Assembly: GCA_040357565.1 (NCBI GenBank)
Contig: JBDODJ010000022.1
DNA length: 64,000 nt
Reading direction: 5' to 3' (one strand)
DNA from: Cercozoa sp. M6MM
Taxonomy: Eukaryota > Protista > Endomyxa: Ascetosporea
Made by a program: the position numbers and the translations under genes. Numbering within the stretch: the first letter of the stretch is position 1; each line of letters begins with the position of its first letter. The notes beneath the pieces are model-generated. The model had not been told where the DNA came from and made no database searches. It saw only the letters and a list, made by a program, of their open reading frames with translations. Shown piece by piece: positions 13,720-27,300 of this stretch.

Positions 13720-13819
13720 NNNNNNNNNNNNNNNNNNNNNNNNNNNNNNNNNNNNNNNNNNNNNNNNNNNNNNNNNNNNNNNNNNNNNNNNNNNNNNNNN
13801 NNNNNNNNNNNNNNNNNNN

Positions 13820-13867
<48 letters not shown>

Positions 13868-14542
13868 AATAGAGCCTACTTTGAGGTGGGCGAGGACTTT
13901 CTGAGCGAGCTGCGGCAGTGCAGCGAGTCAGAGTCGCTGCTGCCGGTGACTGTATCAGTACTGTCACCGATCTACGAGTCAAAAGTGGTCGACACGCACC
14001 TGCAGGAGACAGAGACGTCGCTGCAGTTGCTGCCGGGATCCATAGCTGTCAGCACAGAGTTAAACTCAATTCTACTTGATGTCACCGATCAGTACGGAGA
14101 CTTTGGTACCTTCTGACTCGTTGCTGATCCCTGAGTGACCAGTTGTAATACTGTATGACTGGATGGTACAGTCGATATCGAGGAGTGCCTGGAGGAGGTG
14201 CAACTTCAGTTGGTGCACTCCGAGACACTTGAGAGTTATGACGCAGAGATGATCTACTCGATCGGTAGGCTTCCACATGCTCACTAAGAGTGGTCACCCA
14301 GTCAGGCAGCGACTCAGTAGTCACGTGGCTTGTGCACAGGTCAGAGTCGGTGCACAGCCACCTTCCAGGTGCCGCTGGGCCGCTTCCTGCTGCAATCGGC
14401 GTGGCACGTGCACTGGCTCGACGACTCGCACGATGCGACCGTTCTTGACGTCGATTTCGACGCTGTCATGGACGTCGCTCGCGTCCGCGCGGTCGCTTTG
14501 ACCCGCCCCTCTGTCACCGTCGCTGTAGCCACCCCATATCTA

Positions 14543-14573
<31 letters not shown>

Positions 14574-16731
14574 TTTTGATACATGCATTTATTAATACAT
14601 ATGTGTATGAGGACAGGCCGTGATCCAGGAGGTGTTCACGCCGGAAGGCGACGTTCGCGACGTCAAGTACTGCGACGGCATTACGGTATACTTTACCCCC
14701 TCGATACCCTAATACCCCCCCCCCGGGGCCTTTGGACCCCCCCCCCCCAACAGGCGTGGCTGCGTACCAATGGCACAGAAGAGTGAGTCACTTGCACACT
14801 AAGAGTGAGAGTGTGTCACGTGTGACTGAAGTGATCGCACGTGCTCTCTGACGGTGTGATTAAGCAGATGGCACCGTGCCGAGTCGGTCAGCAACGAAGC
14901 CACAGGTTCCTGTCGTGCCGTGTTCTCGCTGTATCACACCCTTATTGAGAATGATCTTACACTATTACCTGTGCTTGAACACAGTGATCGATCAACACAA
15001 CAGGACGACCAGGTCGCCATTCGGTAAGTCCCTTACCTTCTTTACCCCCTTTACCTCCTTTACCCCCCTTACCTTCCCCACACCCGCCGGGCAGTGTGCT
15101 GTACGGACCCGATGATCAGCTGCACACGGCAGTGTTCGACTGGAGTGACATGGTACACCCCTGCCACGTGGTCCACTGTGATGATCGATCAGTGGCGGTG
15201 ATTGCAGCACACAGTACGGGTCAAGGCGCCCGTGCGGACGGTCGATGTGCCAGTGACAGTGCTGAACCACGTGATCGACGGCGACGCCTACGATACCTAC
15301 GAAGACGAACTCGTTCGCGCGGACAACTTTGCTCATGACACGGAGTGGGCACTGACCGCGTGTATGACCCTCGGCGACGTCCGCGCTTACGACCGCGCGG
15401 ACAAGACTATCGCATTCGCTGCGGTGCCTTTCATTCACGACGACGACGGTGGCTGCTACCTGCGTTTCGTTTTGGTACCTTCTAACCACAACTTATCGTT
15501 AAAAGAAACCGTGCCTCGTTGAGAGTGATCTTCAAGTGACCACATGTGTAGCCACTCGGTTCCTACGGCGTCGGAGTTGCCGAGGATCGCTTCATTATCG
15601 CCTTGGGCAGCTATGGATTCGAGGTACCGTCAGTGCACTAGTACTAGGGATGTATCAGAATAGTGACGGTTCTGGTGACCACTTCGATCACAGTTGATTG
15701 CTCTGATCGCTGTGTATGTGCGATCAGTTGAGTCTGCGCGACATGGAGGTCACCGCGCGAGAGGAGAAAATCGGAGTTAATCACGCGCTGCAACTGATAC
15801 CGATCGCTGTCGCTGATGGTACCTTTTGACCCGCCTGTGTGGTCACATGTGTACACATGAGTGGCCCAGTTGGCACGTACGCAGACACCGACAGTGACGG
15901 TGAGGAAGACATCGTGTACGACGTAGCCGCCGCTTTGACCGAACTGATGCGCGAACTGCCTGTGAGGTACAACACGTGACAAAGTGACCCCACGTGATTG
16001 GCCTCGTGACTGACTGGGTGACTACATGACTGACTGACGGTTCTTGTGATCGTAGTGACAGTCCGGTGGACACTCTGGCCCAGCAGGTGGTCGCCGAGAC
16101 GCTGCGTCGTGTACTCACCACCGAGGTCGCCGAAGACACCGACTCGGTCCGCATGTAAGTTTACGTTTGCCCTTATGTCCCCTGAGTCCAACTGTACCGC
16201 ACATACGTACCATACGTGCTGTATCAACAGAAGCGAGGACGATGAAGAAAGAGAAGCCGAGCTGGAGGAAGAAGTGCTTGCAGAAGAGTCACTCAAAGTC
16301 GAAGACGAATCGGATGAACTGACTGAGCAGGAGATTGTGCGGCAGTTGCAACAGGTTCCTTTGCCCTTTGTCCTCTCCTACCTCTATCTCTTTAACTCAT
16401 TTAATTTGGATAGATCTACGACGAATTGGAGCAACTGACGGCAGAGGAACAACAACAAGAAGAGGAGGAAGAGGAGGAAGAAGAGGAAGAGGTGCTTGCT
16501 GTCGAGTTCGAGTTCACACTGATCGCTGACGATGACAGCGACAACGACACTGACAACTCTCTCAGCTATGGTGACAACTCGCAGTTTTGGGGTGACTCCA
16601 CTGAGCCGGTGGAACTTTTCGTCGTTCCTTCCTTGGAATTCGAGCAGCCTCTGATGCCTGCGCCGCTGCCAATGGGTCCGCTGCCAATGATTCCTCTGCC
16701 TGTGCCAATGATGCCGCCAGTCTTCTTCTAG
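13221..16731 (+). CDS. Large orphan secreted protein with acidic and Pro-rich C-terminus
   Basis: MLKWATPAVLGALTCV|RATS signal-like start, many GT-AG introns, ends EEEEE..PMPAPLPMGPLPMIPLPVPMMPPVFF*. Confidence 0.55.
13673..13866 (+). repeat. (GT)n intronic microsatellite spanning a 100-N scaffold gap (13720-13819)
   Basis: Directly visible. Confidence 0.95.
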
Positions 16732-16826
16732 ACCTGCCAATGTTAGGTAGCTACTGTACTCAGCGACTCGCCGTACTCATGTAAATTTACCGTTATTGAT
16801 CCATCAACTGCGAGAAGAATACATGT

Positions 16827-19171
16827 ATGACTGTTCAAGTGGTATTGATACCCCGGGCCAGCCAGAATCCAGCCGACTAAGAAGCCATGCACTAACACAA
16901 CAAGTACAATTGTAGTGCAAACTACAACGTCAAACCGTCAATTCGAAAGATCGCTTGTGTGAACCAAGGTTGGAAGAGATGTCCCAGCACTTGCAAAACC
17001 TCGTTTGCTGTGAAAGCTTTTTCCAACGTATTACAGGCTTCAGTCTCTTGTTGTGTGCTTTGATCCAAGTAAGTTCTTTTTTCAGCGCCAGCAGGCGTCG
17101 CGGGAGCCATCTTTGGCCTGTGTAAGTTGTTTTTTGTAACCCACTTGACTGTTGCCGCTCTGCATCGTATTGTTTCTCACAGACCTGGAAAGTGAAGTGA
17201 CGTTGGAACAGCTGAAACTTGCGACACTTCGCAGTTTTCGTGAAGTGCCGACTCTGCGTGCAGCTTTGGATGTGGGCTCACTAGGCATTAACGTTGCCGT
17301 ACGCGACTTCGACGAAGCCGCCGGCGAAGCCGCCGCAGAACGCGCGTTTGCGACGCCATTTGTGGAATCGAGCGAAGATTTGCTCGACAAAAGTGCGACA
17401 TTGCGCCGAGCACTCGAAACAGAGTTAAAACAAGTGGTGCGTATACAGATATCCATCAATTTATTATCTAAAAGTATGAGCTATCTCACTAGTGCAGGTG
17501 TTTGAGTGGCACGAAGCGCCGTTGTGGCGAGTGCGACCGATTGTGCGTGAAGGCAGCGACACATGTGTTGGCATGACGGTGAGTGCGTCGCACCTGCTCG
17601 TCGACGGACTCGGCTGTGCCGCCATTGCACGGGCTGTTCTGCACTTCCTCTTCAACGATGTCGATGGTAACTTTGCCTTTCGGCTTACAGGTAGACATTA
17701 GTACAAAGAAACCTGTTTTCCTCGCAGAAATCAAGCAGTTCGTCAGTGCGACACTGCCTGAGTCGGTGGAGCAAAAGGCGCAGATCGACGTGCCTCCAAG
17801 TACTCTGTTCACTGTCGACAACGAGAACGGGAAAGACGCTGCTCGCACCTTGTTGGAAAAATCGCGCGAGTTGCAGACCGTCTTGCGTCCGCACGTGTAG
17901 GCTGTCTGTCCAATGTCGCCCTTGTTTAGTTTGTGCCTGTGTCTGTGGTTCGGTTGATTCACAGAGGAAAACTGTCGCCTTCGCGCGAGGCAATCGCTTT
18001 GGAGACGCGTGTGGTACATTGCGAATAAACAGCAGCATACAGGAAGCTGAGAGAGTGCTACTGTGCCGCGCACAGGTCAACGTGGCAGCACTACTGCGTG
18101 CATGCAAGCGACGTGAGATGTCGATCGACACGGTTCTTACGACCATTGCAATGCGCGTGTGTTACGAGGTACCCCACTCTTTTAATACTCGCCTGTTTGA
18201 CACCGCACTTGTCTTCTGCAGGTGCTCAAGAGTACGGTCTCGGTAACACCTGTGTCGCTGCGAAAAGAATTTCCTGAGACTGGTGCGTTGCTTTTCTTTC
18301 TATGTGTTTTGTGTCTCTTTCAAAGCATCTCTGTCGCGTACCGTTAGAAAACGCAATTGGCAACTACTTCGTCGTTCTGATGCCTGCGAATCCGTTCAGT
18401 GCCGCCGACACCAGTGACGAAGACTTCTGGGCGATGGCCTTGCGTGTGCATGGTGCCCATGCTGTCCTTTAATGTTACTATTGCTACCGCTCTGACTTGA
18501 TCTTGTACACTGTGTTGTATAGAGCGCAAAATGAAGCAGCAGGAAGGCGGTAAAGTCGAGGCGTACCGACGCACTTGTGCGAGTATGTACATGCCGTTCA
18601 ATGTGATGCTGCTGCCGGCACTCCGCGCTCTCTGTGGTACAGTAAAGATCCGTGCTTCTCTTGGTATTTCAGAAAACTACCACGGCAATACTTCGCATAG
18701 AGTCGGGTACCACCGCAGCGCTGGAGAAGTGCTTGCTCTCGGTGTCGACGGTGCTGGCCGGTGGCGTTGCCTCTACCTGTCTCAGCAACTACGGCCGAGT
18801 TCAACTGCCGCATACCGCACTAAGTACAATACCTATCGTTGTGTATCTTTGCGTGAAGTGAGGCTTGTCCAAATACTGCCCTGTGTGTAACTAGCGGCCG
18901 CCACGGCAAGTCCTTTCGGTCGCTCGCTTCGCTTCGACTTTTGCACCACCAACGATGGTAACTTTTCACCATAATTGAAGAAATTTTTCACCGAGTCCTC
19001 ACTGTTTTTGCTCCGAGAACAGCACAAAAAATGACGGTGACAGTCACGGTTTGCCATGACGCGGAGAATACCGAGAACGATGCGGTTGCTGGTGTCACTT
19101 TCGATAATCGGCAACTCGCCGCCACGCTGTCGGACGAGTTCTGTCGCACCCTGGCTGAGATTTCGGCCTGA
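16827..19171 (+). CDS. CoA-dependent acyltransferase (alcohol O-acyltransferase/condensation-like fold)
   Basis: P-x-LR (VPTLRA), PLWRV, catalytic SHLLVDG (HxxxDG), LLRACKRREMSI, PVSLR, IGNY motifs in order. Start approximate. Confidence 0.7.
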
Positions 19172-19963
19172 TCACGCACAGCCTGAAAATACAGTACGGA
19201 CTATGGACCCAGCCGATCAGGTCCACATTACGCCATCAGTTCATTTGATTCATCCTTCTTCGCATTGTCTCCAGTTGATATGTATGCTTGCTGTTGTTGT
19301 TGTTGTAAGATTTACATTCCGGCGTCGCATGAGCTGTAAATTCCGGCGTCCGATGAGCTGTCACGCTTGAGACTACTAAAACTGTCCATGTATGGCGTAC
19401 CAGTCAAGCCAGCCGAGTGGCGCACAACCGAACACACGCGTAATAAACGATGCGACGTATCGCCAGGTGCAAAACCTGAACTGTGTATTGATAAATTTAC
19501 CCCCCCCCCCCCCCCTGTCAATAATGAGCTCCCGTCAATAAACGAGCTCGCGCAACCAAGTCATGTTTCAGCAGCTTCTGGTACAACAGGCGCCACAGCC
19601 ACGTAGACGCCTCGCCTTTCCCAAAAAAGCACGTCCGCACACTTTCGGTAGGGACGGTTCTCTACCGCCATCGTGTCTGCGTGTCGCACACTCTGCATAT
19701 GGAGCGATACACTGTCGTATATGCGTAAATGCGCGACACACACAAACAAACACAATGAAATAACTGAGTGAAAAACAGGAGACTTTAACACATTTTCGTC
19801 TAGTACAGTTCAGCGACGCCTAGACCATTACTACACATGTCCAAGCTCCACTAAAGGTAAAAATAGCTTGCTCCCTATTTTTACCCGACGATAGTGTCGC
19901 GCGAGGATTCCCGGAGTTATGTTGAACTGTGTATTCATGCTTTTCGCGTAGAGTAAGAAGCAG

Positions 19964-21130
19964 TTAGCTCGTTAGTTTCTGTTTACAAATAACATGGTGC
20001 CCAAATAATTGAGCTTGAATACAAGTCTTCCGCTTAGTTACGCGAATATCCCCAGTTTGTCGATCGACGACAGATCGTTGTAGCGATGCCCTAGCTGGCG
20101 ACTCGGGAGGTATCTCGTCCTCTTGTACGACCTCCGCAGCTGCAAGTTCAGGCATTAAACTCACTTTACACAGAGAGAGCGACAAGTACCCCAGTCGGTC
20201 TGGCAGACGCGATCAAGCGTGCGTCGCAGGCCTGGGTACCGACGCTCGATGTTCTCCTCTTCGACGACACGTCGATACAAGCGTTCCGCCTGCGCATCCG
20301 AGATGACTACCTCCATGCGTTTTCCCGGGAACAGATCGGCGACGTAGGTGGCTTCGTCTTCCGAAAGGCCTTGGTTCCGCAAGTCGCCGGCTCGCTGTCG
20401 GCTCTCTTCGACCAGGGCGACGAGCAATCGGTGATACTCGCCGAGCTGCATTGCCTGGGCGGCAGACAGCTCGCGCAGGCGCAAGCTGCGCAGCAGCGTG
20501 GCGGCCGAAAACACTGTTTCTGGGCTGCCGGTGCCTAGCAACTCTTGGAGACCGCTAAGAACGGCCGGCCCGCTCGTTTCGAGAGCTACAGTACAAGTAC
20601 AAAGCGTTTCGTGAAGCTTGGCAGGGCAGCGGCTGCGTGGAGTTTATCAAAATACCGAGTCATCGGCGCAGCTCTTGCTCGTGCTGCAACAACGATTCCC
20701 TCTGCAACGCAGAGGATTTGTGTTAATAAGCGCGTTTTTTTCACTTCTTTCGTTGTCGCGTCGATCGGACATCAGCTACAATTGTACAAATTTGGAAACA
20801 ACCGTGAGCGAACAAATACATCCTATACCAGCTTCAGAGTCTACGCGTCCATTTGGAAGCTCTTTTTCGTCCAGAAATCCTGCGATTTCGGACAAGCGTC
20901 CGATTTTTTCGCAATCTACGCCATCAACTCTACTTTGTGCCCGAGTTTGCCTGTTCGCCCGCAAAGTCGATATATTCTGGTTCACCCCCCCCCCGGGGGG
21001 GCCCCGGGGGGGCCCCCGCGTTGGCCCCCCCCCTTTGCCCCCCCTTTACCCCCTCTAGAAGTTGTGCGCACGGGGACGGCGTAATTACGAACCCTCTGCT
21101 CTCGGGGTGACCGCCGACTTTCTTCAATTG
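19964..21130 (-). CDS. Hypothetical protein, 5' part unresolved
   Basis: Coding-like exon 20191-20585 splices in frame to 20042-20140 and then KLTS*. Confidence 0.4.
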
Positions 21131-21377
21131 TAACTGTGGTGGCAGAAAAACTTTTGGGCTCGCGCCACGACCAGAATTTACAAAAAAACACACACACACA
21201 CACACACACAAGCGCCTCAGGAATTGCCAAAATACTAAGACAAGAGATAATTCTACCAATCAAAGTTGCGGTACTTTTTGTCACGAAAAGTTGTAAAAAA
21301 ATTGTCGTATTTGAACTATTCGATACTTCCGGGCACGCGGAGTCACTCGGTCAATCCCATGCCAGCGGAGCCTTGGA

Positions 21378-24300
21378 CTAATTTACAGTAAAGTCTGCAA
21401 CAAGAGGCGGTTTCGCCTGATGCAGACGCAACGCGGCAACACAAACGAAAGCGACATCGGCCATGCCGGCGCCCGTGTCGTGTGTGTTTACCGAGAAGTC
21501 TATAGAGAGAGCAGAGAGAGCCAGATGGCGGTACCTTGTTGTGTCCCATGCGGTCCGGCTTTGGTCGCAGTCTTGGCCTCGCGCGTGTAATGGTCGTTCT
21601 CCCGGCGCTGGGAGGGATCGGCCGTCAGAGCAGGGGTAAAAGGGGGGGGGGGNNNNNNNNNNNNNNNNNNNNNNNNNNNNNNNNNNNNNNNNNNNNNNNN
21701 NNNNNNNNNNNNNNNNNNNNNNNNNNNNNNNNNNNNNNNNNNNNNNNNNNNNTTAGGGGAAGGGGGTAAAGGGGGAACAAGGGTTAAACAGGGGGTAAAC
21801 AGGGGGAGGGGGTAAACAGGGGGGTAAACAGGGGGGTAAACGGGGGTAAACAGAGGGGGATACCTCGGTACTAGCCTCCAGAGTGCCGCCGCGGCAGGCG
21901 TACTGCAGGTCATGCAGTCGCACCTGCACCACGTGCACCTGTGTCAGCACTGTGTCGTCGCTCGAGATACTGGCTACACAGTCCGTACCCTTAACTCCTC
22001 AGAGAAGCCCCCTTAATAGTCCAAAGACGGTGTACAACGACGCCACAGGGGCACGCCGACATCGCTGTCCAGTAGGCGCAGGTGGCCATCCGACACACTG
22101 CCCACCGACAAGTCGTACAGCATCACGTCCAGTCCATCTTGGCCTGTACACATTAGACGCCGGGGTACAAATGGACGGCACAGGTAGACGGAACAGTTAT
22201 ACCGACGGTGGCGGCGGCGGTGGCACCGTGCGTACGCAGCAGCACGTGGTCCGTCGCGGTGATGTTCCAGGCGCCGCCGAAGCGCACCGCGCGCACCGTC
22301 ACGTGTGCCTGCATTTATACCCCCACTTGTCCATTCGTACAGTCCATTTTTACAGTCCATCTGGACGGTCCATCTGGACGGTTCATTCGTACATTGTACA
22401 AACACTGGGTACCACGCGCAGACGGGCCGCCTCGCCGTCCCAGAGCAGGCCAAAGGAGCCGCCGCTCGCGTCATCGGTGAACGCTGTCACATCGCTCAGA
22501 CTCACGTTGACCAGTCCGACACTACTGTGCCCAAAGGCCTACATTTAGGGGTACCAGGGTTAGTTAAGGATACGGAGTTTGTTAAGGGAGTATACATCGT
22601 GTAGCCACGCGTCATCACTGTCGTCGTACAGAGTGCGGTCAATGTCCGTGTACTCCAGTGGGTCCAGTGAAACTACACAGTACACCAGTTGGCACGTGTC
22701 TCTCTCTCAGCTGGCACGTGTCCACAAAGTGGTCACAGAATGGCACGTGCGTGACTTACATAAAGGCGTTCTGACCGAGGCACTGGAGTCCACACCGTCG
22801 CGAGCTGTCACACTCACGTAGAGGAACCGGTGCGTCTTCTTACTGGCCTGTCAGGAGGTAGGGGTAAATGGGGGGGTATACACAGTCAAGAAAGCGACCC
22901 ACCAGTGCCAGCAAGTCGGCACGTGGCAGACGGTAGAGCCACGTGCCAACTGAGGCGTCGGCACTCGTGAAGGAACCGAGTCGGTCCGTGTCAACTGCGT
23001 CAACACTGAGCTGCACCTCCGAGCCCGGGTTGTTGCCCGGCGGGATCGTGTAGGACACCTACAGTCCATATGTACGCCAGTACCAGTTCAAATGTGCCGC
23101 AGTATCAGTCCATATGTACCAGTCCAAATGTACCACAAAGTCGTCCGACAAGTCGTCGTACCGGACCGACACATTGACCGGCGCGTCCAACGAGCCACTC
23201 GACACAGCGACCGTACTTGGCACTGTGTCCACCTAGGTGACACGTGTCCATAAGTCAGCTCAGTTCAGTTCAGTCAGCCACGGGTGCACACGCAGCAAGT
23301 CGACCCAAGAAACGGTACCACACGCAGCAAGGTTGACTGGCGGATCGACACATCGCGCAGCACCAGTGGTGTCGACACCAAGTGACGTCTCTCGCTGTCT
23401 TGGTTCTGCCTGTGCAGGCGCACACAGGCCGATCCCACCGTCGAACTCGTCAGCTACCGGGAGGTAAGGGGTAAGGGGTAAGGCAAGAGGGTGTATGGGG
23501 ATATGGGGGACCGCCCAGTGTACCTGCAGCGACTCCACCAGGACCGAAGCGTCCGCAGCAGTCACCGTCAGCAGCTGCGTGTGGTTGCCCGAGAAGGCAC
23601 TGTTTTCTGCACGCAGTCGCACGCGCAGTGCCGCCATACCGACACCGGCCTCCGCCAGTACCACGGGAGCATAGTCACTCCGGCCACTGGCTGAAAAAAC
23701 GGACGGTACAGACAGTACAAACAGACGATACAAACAGACCATCCAATTTAAAAACAGACCATCCAATTTAAAAACAGANNNNNNNNNNAAACAGACCATC
23801 CAATTTAAAAACAGACCATCCAATTTAAAAACAGACCACCCAATTATCAAAGGTACAAATAGACGGTGCAAGTATGCACGAAGTACGATAAGCAACCAGA
23901 CAACGATATAAATAGTACAGGGGACACGGATACAAACACACGGTTCAGATAGACACAAAGGTACATCCGAACAGCGCGTGTACCAAAGTCGGCGGCGAAA
24001 CTGACACTGTCAAAGTCGACAGCGACCGCGCGGACACTGAAAATGTCGGCGTAGTCCACGGCCGGTGTCAGCGATGTCAGCACCAGCCAGGCCACGGCGG
24101 TGCCTGTCACCTGCAGGACACACCCACATGCACATACACGTGCCAACTGAGTGATCAGTCTGATGGATCAGAGTGGTCGTAAGGCTACCTGCTGGAAGGA
24201 CACCGAGGCGACACCGTCACCTTCTGCGTCGGCGCGCAGCTGTAGAAGAACGTCATTGGCGACGCAGTTGTGGAAGCTGACGCTGTCTATGGCGGCGCCT

Positions 24301-27300
24301 CGACCGTCTGTGTATTTGGGGAGCGTATGAATGCGTATAATGGACAGCTATCATAGGGCTGCAGTACGGGTGTGCACAGGATTATATAATAATAGGTAGT
24401 ACATAAACAGATACAAAAACATTAGACAATATACAAACACACAAATATACAAGTACAACTATACAAATACAAATATAACATGCATATATACAAATACAAA
24501 TATAGAGATAAAGCGAGATCCACAAACACACAAATATAGTTACAACTATACAAATACAAATATAGAGATAAAGCGAGATATACAAACATATAAAGAGATA
24601 TATAATGATATAAAAACATGTATATATATATATAATAGTGCATACCAAGCAGGGCGATGGGTCCGTCCACAGGTCGGCGCGGCCAGGTCAGGTTGCTCAC
24701 CGAGACACGTGTCACGGTGGTACCCAGCAGCAACGGCGTGTACACGGCCGAGACACTTGTTGCACCAGTCAGTGCGCGCAGACTCACCGTCGAGAACCCG
24801 TCAATCGGTATGCCCTCTGGGTCACATCAAGCACGTGTCTCACCCAGTGATCCATCAAGCACGTGATCAAATGCTCAAAAGTGTACCAACACTATCCATG
24901 CCAAGATTGTCCACCAATGCGTTGTTGTCCATGCACACTCTCAATTCGTCTAGCTGGAGGGAGGCGGATAAAGAGGAGGTAAAGTAAAGAGGGGGCAAAG
25001 AGGGGAGTAAAGAGAGGATAAAAAGCGGGTAAGACATACCCCAACAGCGACCATAGCGCCGAGGTAGGCCTGAGCGTCGGTACCCTGGTTCCAGGACAGT
25101 GCCAGACCCCGGCAGAACAGAGGGTGCGACGTCGACTTCTCTTGCTACAACAAGCACCAGTACAACATCGATACAAATGGACACAGGTACAAATGAACAC
25201 AATGGGTACAAATGGACACAGACAAGGACTACCTGTACTACGTCGGTAACACTTAGTCCGACCGTCGGAAAGTCGCACACGACGGCGCGATCTTCCACCC
25301 ACCTGTGCAGGCGTTAGAGGGGGCAAAGGGGGTAAGAGGGGTTAAAAGGTCAGGATGACAGGGCAAAAGGGGGGGGGGGGGGGGGTAAAACTACAGGGTA
25401 TAAGGCGACTCGTCGCCGAGTATCACGAGGTCGCTAGACAGCAGACAAACATACACTGTTCACACTTCAGTCAGAGACAAAGGTTCCGGGCGGAAGGTAC
25501 CACGTGTCACGAAACACGGGGTCGACCAGTGGCACCACGTGCGACACCTCTGTCGACCAGTCCGAGTCGCCTGGGACAAAAGCGAAAATAGAAACATAAA
25601 AATAGGAATATAAATACAGAACTATGCATCGATAAATATAAGATATATGACAATAGAGAAACATCAGTTGCCACGTGGTTCCACAGTGGCCCAGTTGGCA
25701 CGTGGTACCGGCGCAGTTGCTGGCGCGCGCACGCACAGTGACGGTGCGACCGGTGTGTGCAGGCGCAGTAGCCACGTGTCGCGTGCCTGGGCCAGAGTAG
25801 GCGACGGTGGCGTTTTCCACCGAGGCACCGTCGACGCTGATCTCGATCGACACCGTGGTGACACCGATGCCCGTGTTATCACTCGCAGTCACGAACACCT
25901 CTGTGACACCTTGCGCGCGGAAATCTGCGACACAAACTCGTTCGTCCAGTTCAATACACATCATACTGTATGGAAGGTACTCAGAACAGGCTCCAATGGC
26001 GCCGCCGGTACAGCATGTGCTGACCCAGGATGCGCCGCGCGGACGCATCGCTGCACGTGCGTTTCGTTCACCTGTGTTTGACCCTGCAGGCACACTTTGA
26101 TCACGGCGTACTCGCTCTTCATTGGCGTCAGTGGCAACTGCAACGGTGGTGTAATATCAAGGGGTATACAGGGGGTATCGAGTGGGTATAAAAGGGGTAT
26201 AGAGCGGGGTATAAAGGGGAGTAAAGATAGGAGATTAAGGGGGTGATGAAGGCGGAGTAAAAGATAGGATAAAAAGGGATATAGCTTGGGGTAAAGAGGG
26301 GATAAAGTCTACCGCAATATCGGTGGCAGGCAGAACAGTCGGCATTGTTCCAAGCAGTGTCGTGTTGCTCCAGTACTGCCAAATACAACTATATTACCCC
26401 CCCCCCCCCCNNNNNNNNNNNNNNNNNNNNNNNNNNNNNNNNNNNNNNNNNNNNNNNNNNNNNNNNNNNNNNNNNNNNNNNNNNNNNNNNNNNNNNNNNN
26501 NNNNNNNNNNCCCCCCCCCCCCCCCCCACTACCCCTTTACCCCTACCCCTACCCTATACCCCCTACCTCTTTCTTTACCCCCTACCTACCTGTAATGTCC
26601 AGGCGACAGGCGAGCCGCCGGCCTCGAAACGAACCGTCGCGTGTCCGCAGGAGCCGCTAGACGACTCGTGCACCAGTCGCAGCTGCAGATCCAGAGGCAC
26701 ACTGTGCGGCAGGGTCACCTGCACGTGTTCACCACACACACATGTCCACCATGTGTCTTCCGACGCGTCAACTGGTCAGTCAGGTGATCACCCCCCCCCC
26801 CCCCAGTGGGACACATGCAATACCGACTTGCGGACGCCGTTGAAAAAATCCGTGTAGAACGAGATCTACACATACCTCGTACCTTTGCCCCCCTACCTTT
26901 GCCCCTTACCCCCCCCCCCCCCTTACCCCCTCTTATTCCCAACGGTACGTCAAAGAGGCGCGAGTGCAGAGGCCGCGGTTTCACAAAGACATCGAGAGAG
27001 GCGCCCCAGTCGGTCAGATTCTTGCTGAGTGGCACATGCATCTGTACATACACATACGGTTGTAGCCACTAGTTTGACCGACACACATCCTTCCGCGCGG
27101 AGGCGAGGTATACCTCGGTCATGCCGACACGCGTGTTGGGCGCAAAAACTGCACTCGTGTTGCACGGCATTTGCGACACCGCCAACGCATCCGTCGCCGA
27201 GTCTGTACAGGGAGTAAACAGGGGGTACAGGGGTAGGGGGTAAACAGGGAAGTAAACAGAGGGTAAACAAGCAGGTAAACAGGGGGAAAATAGGCAAGCT

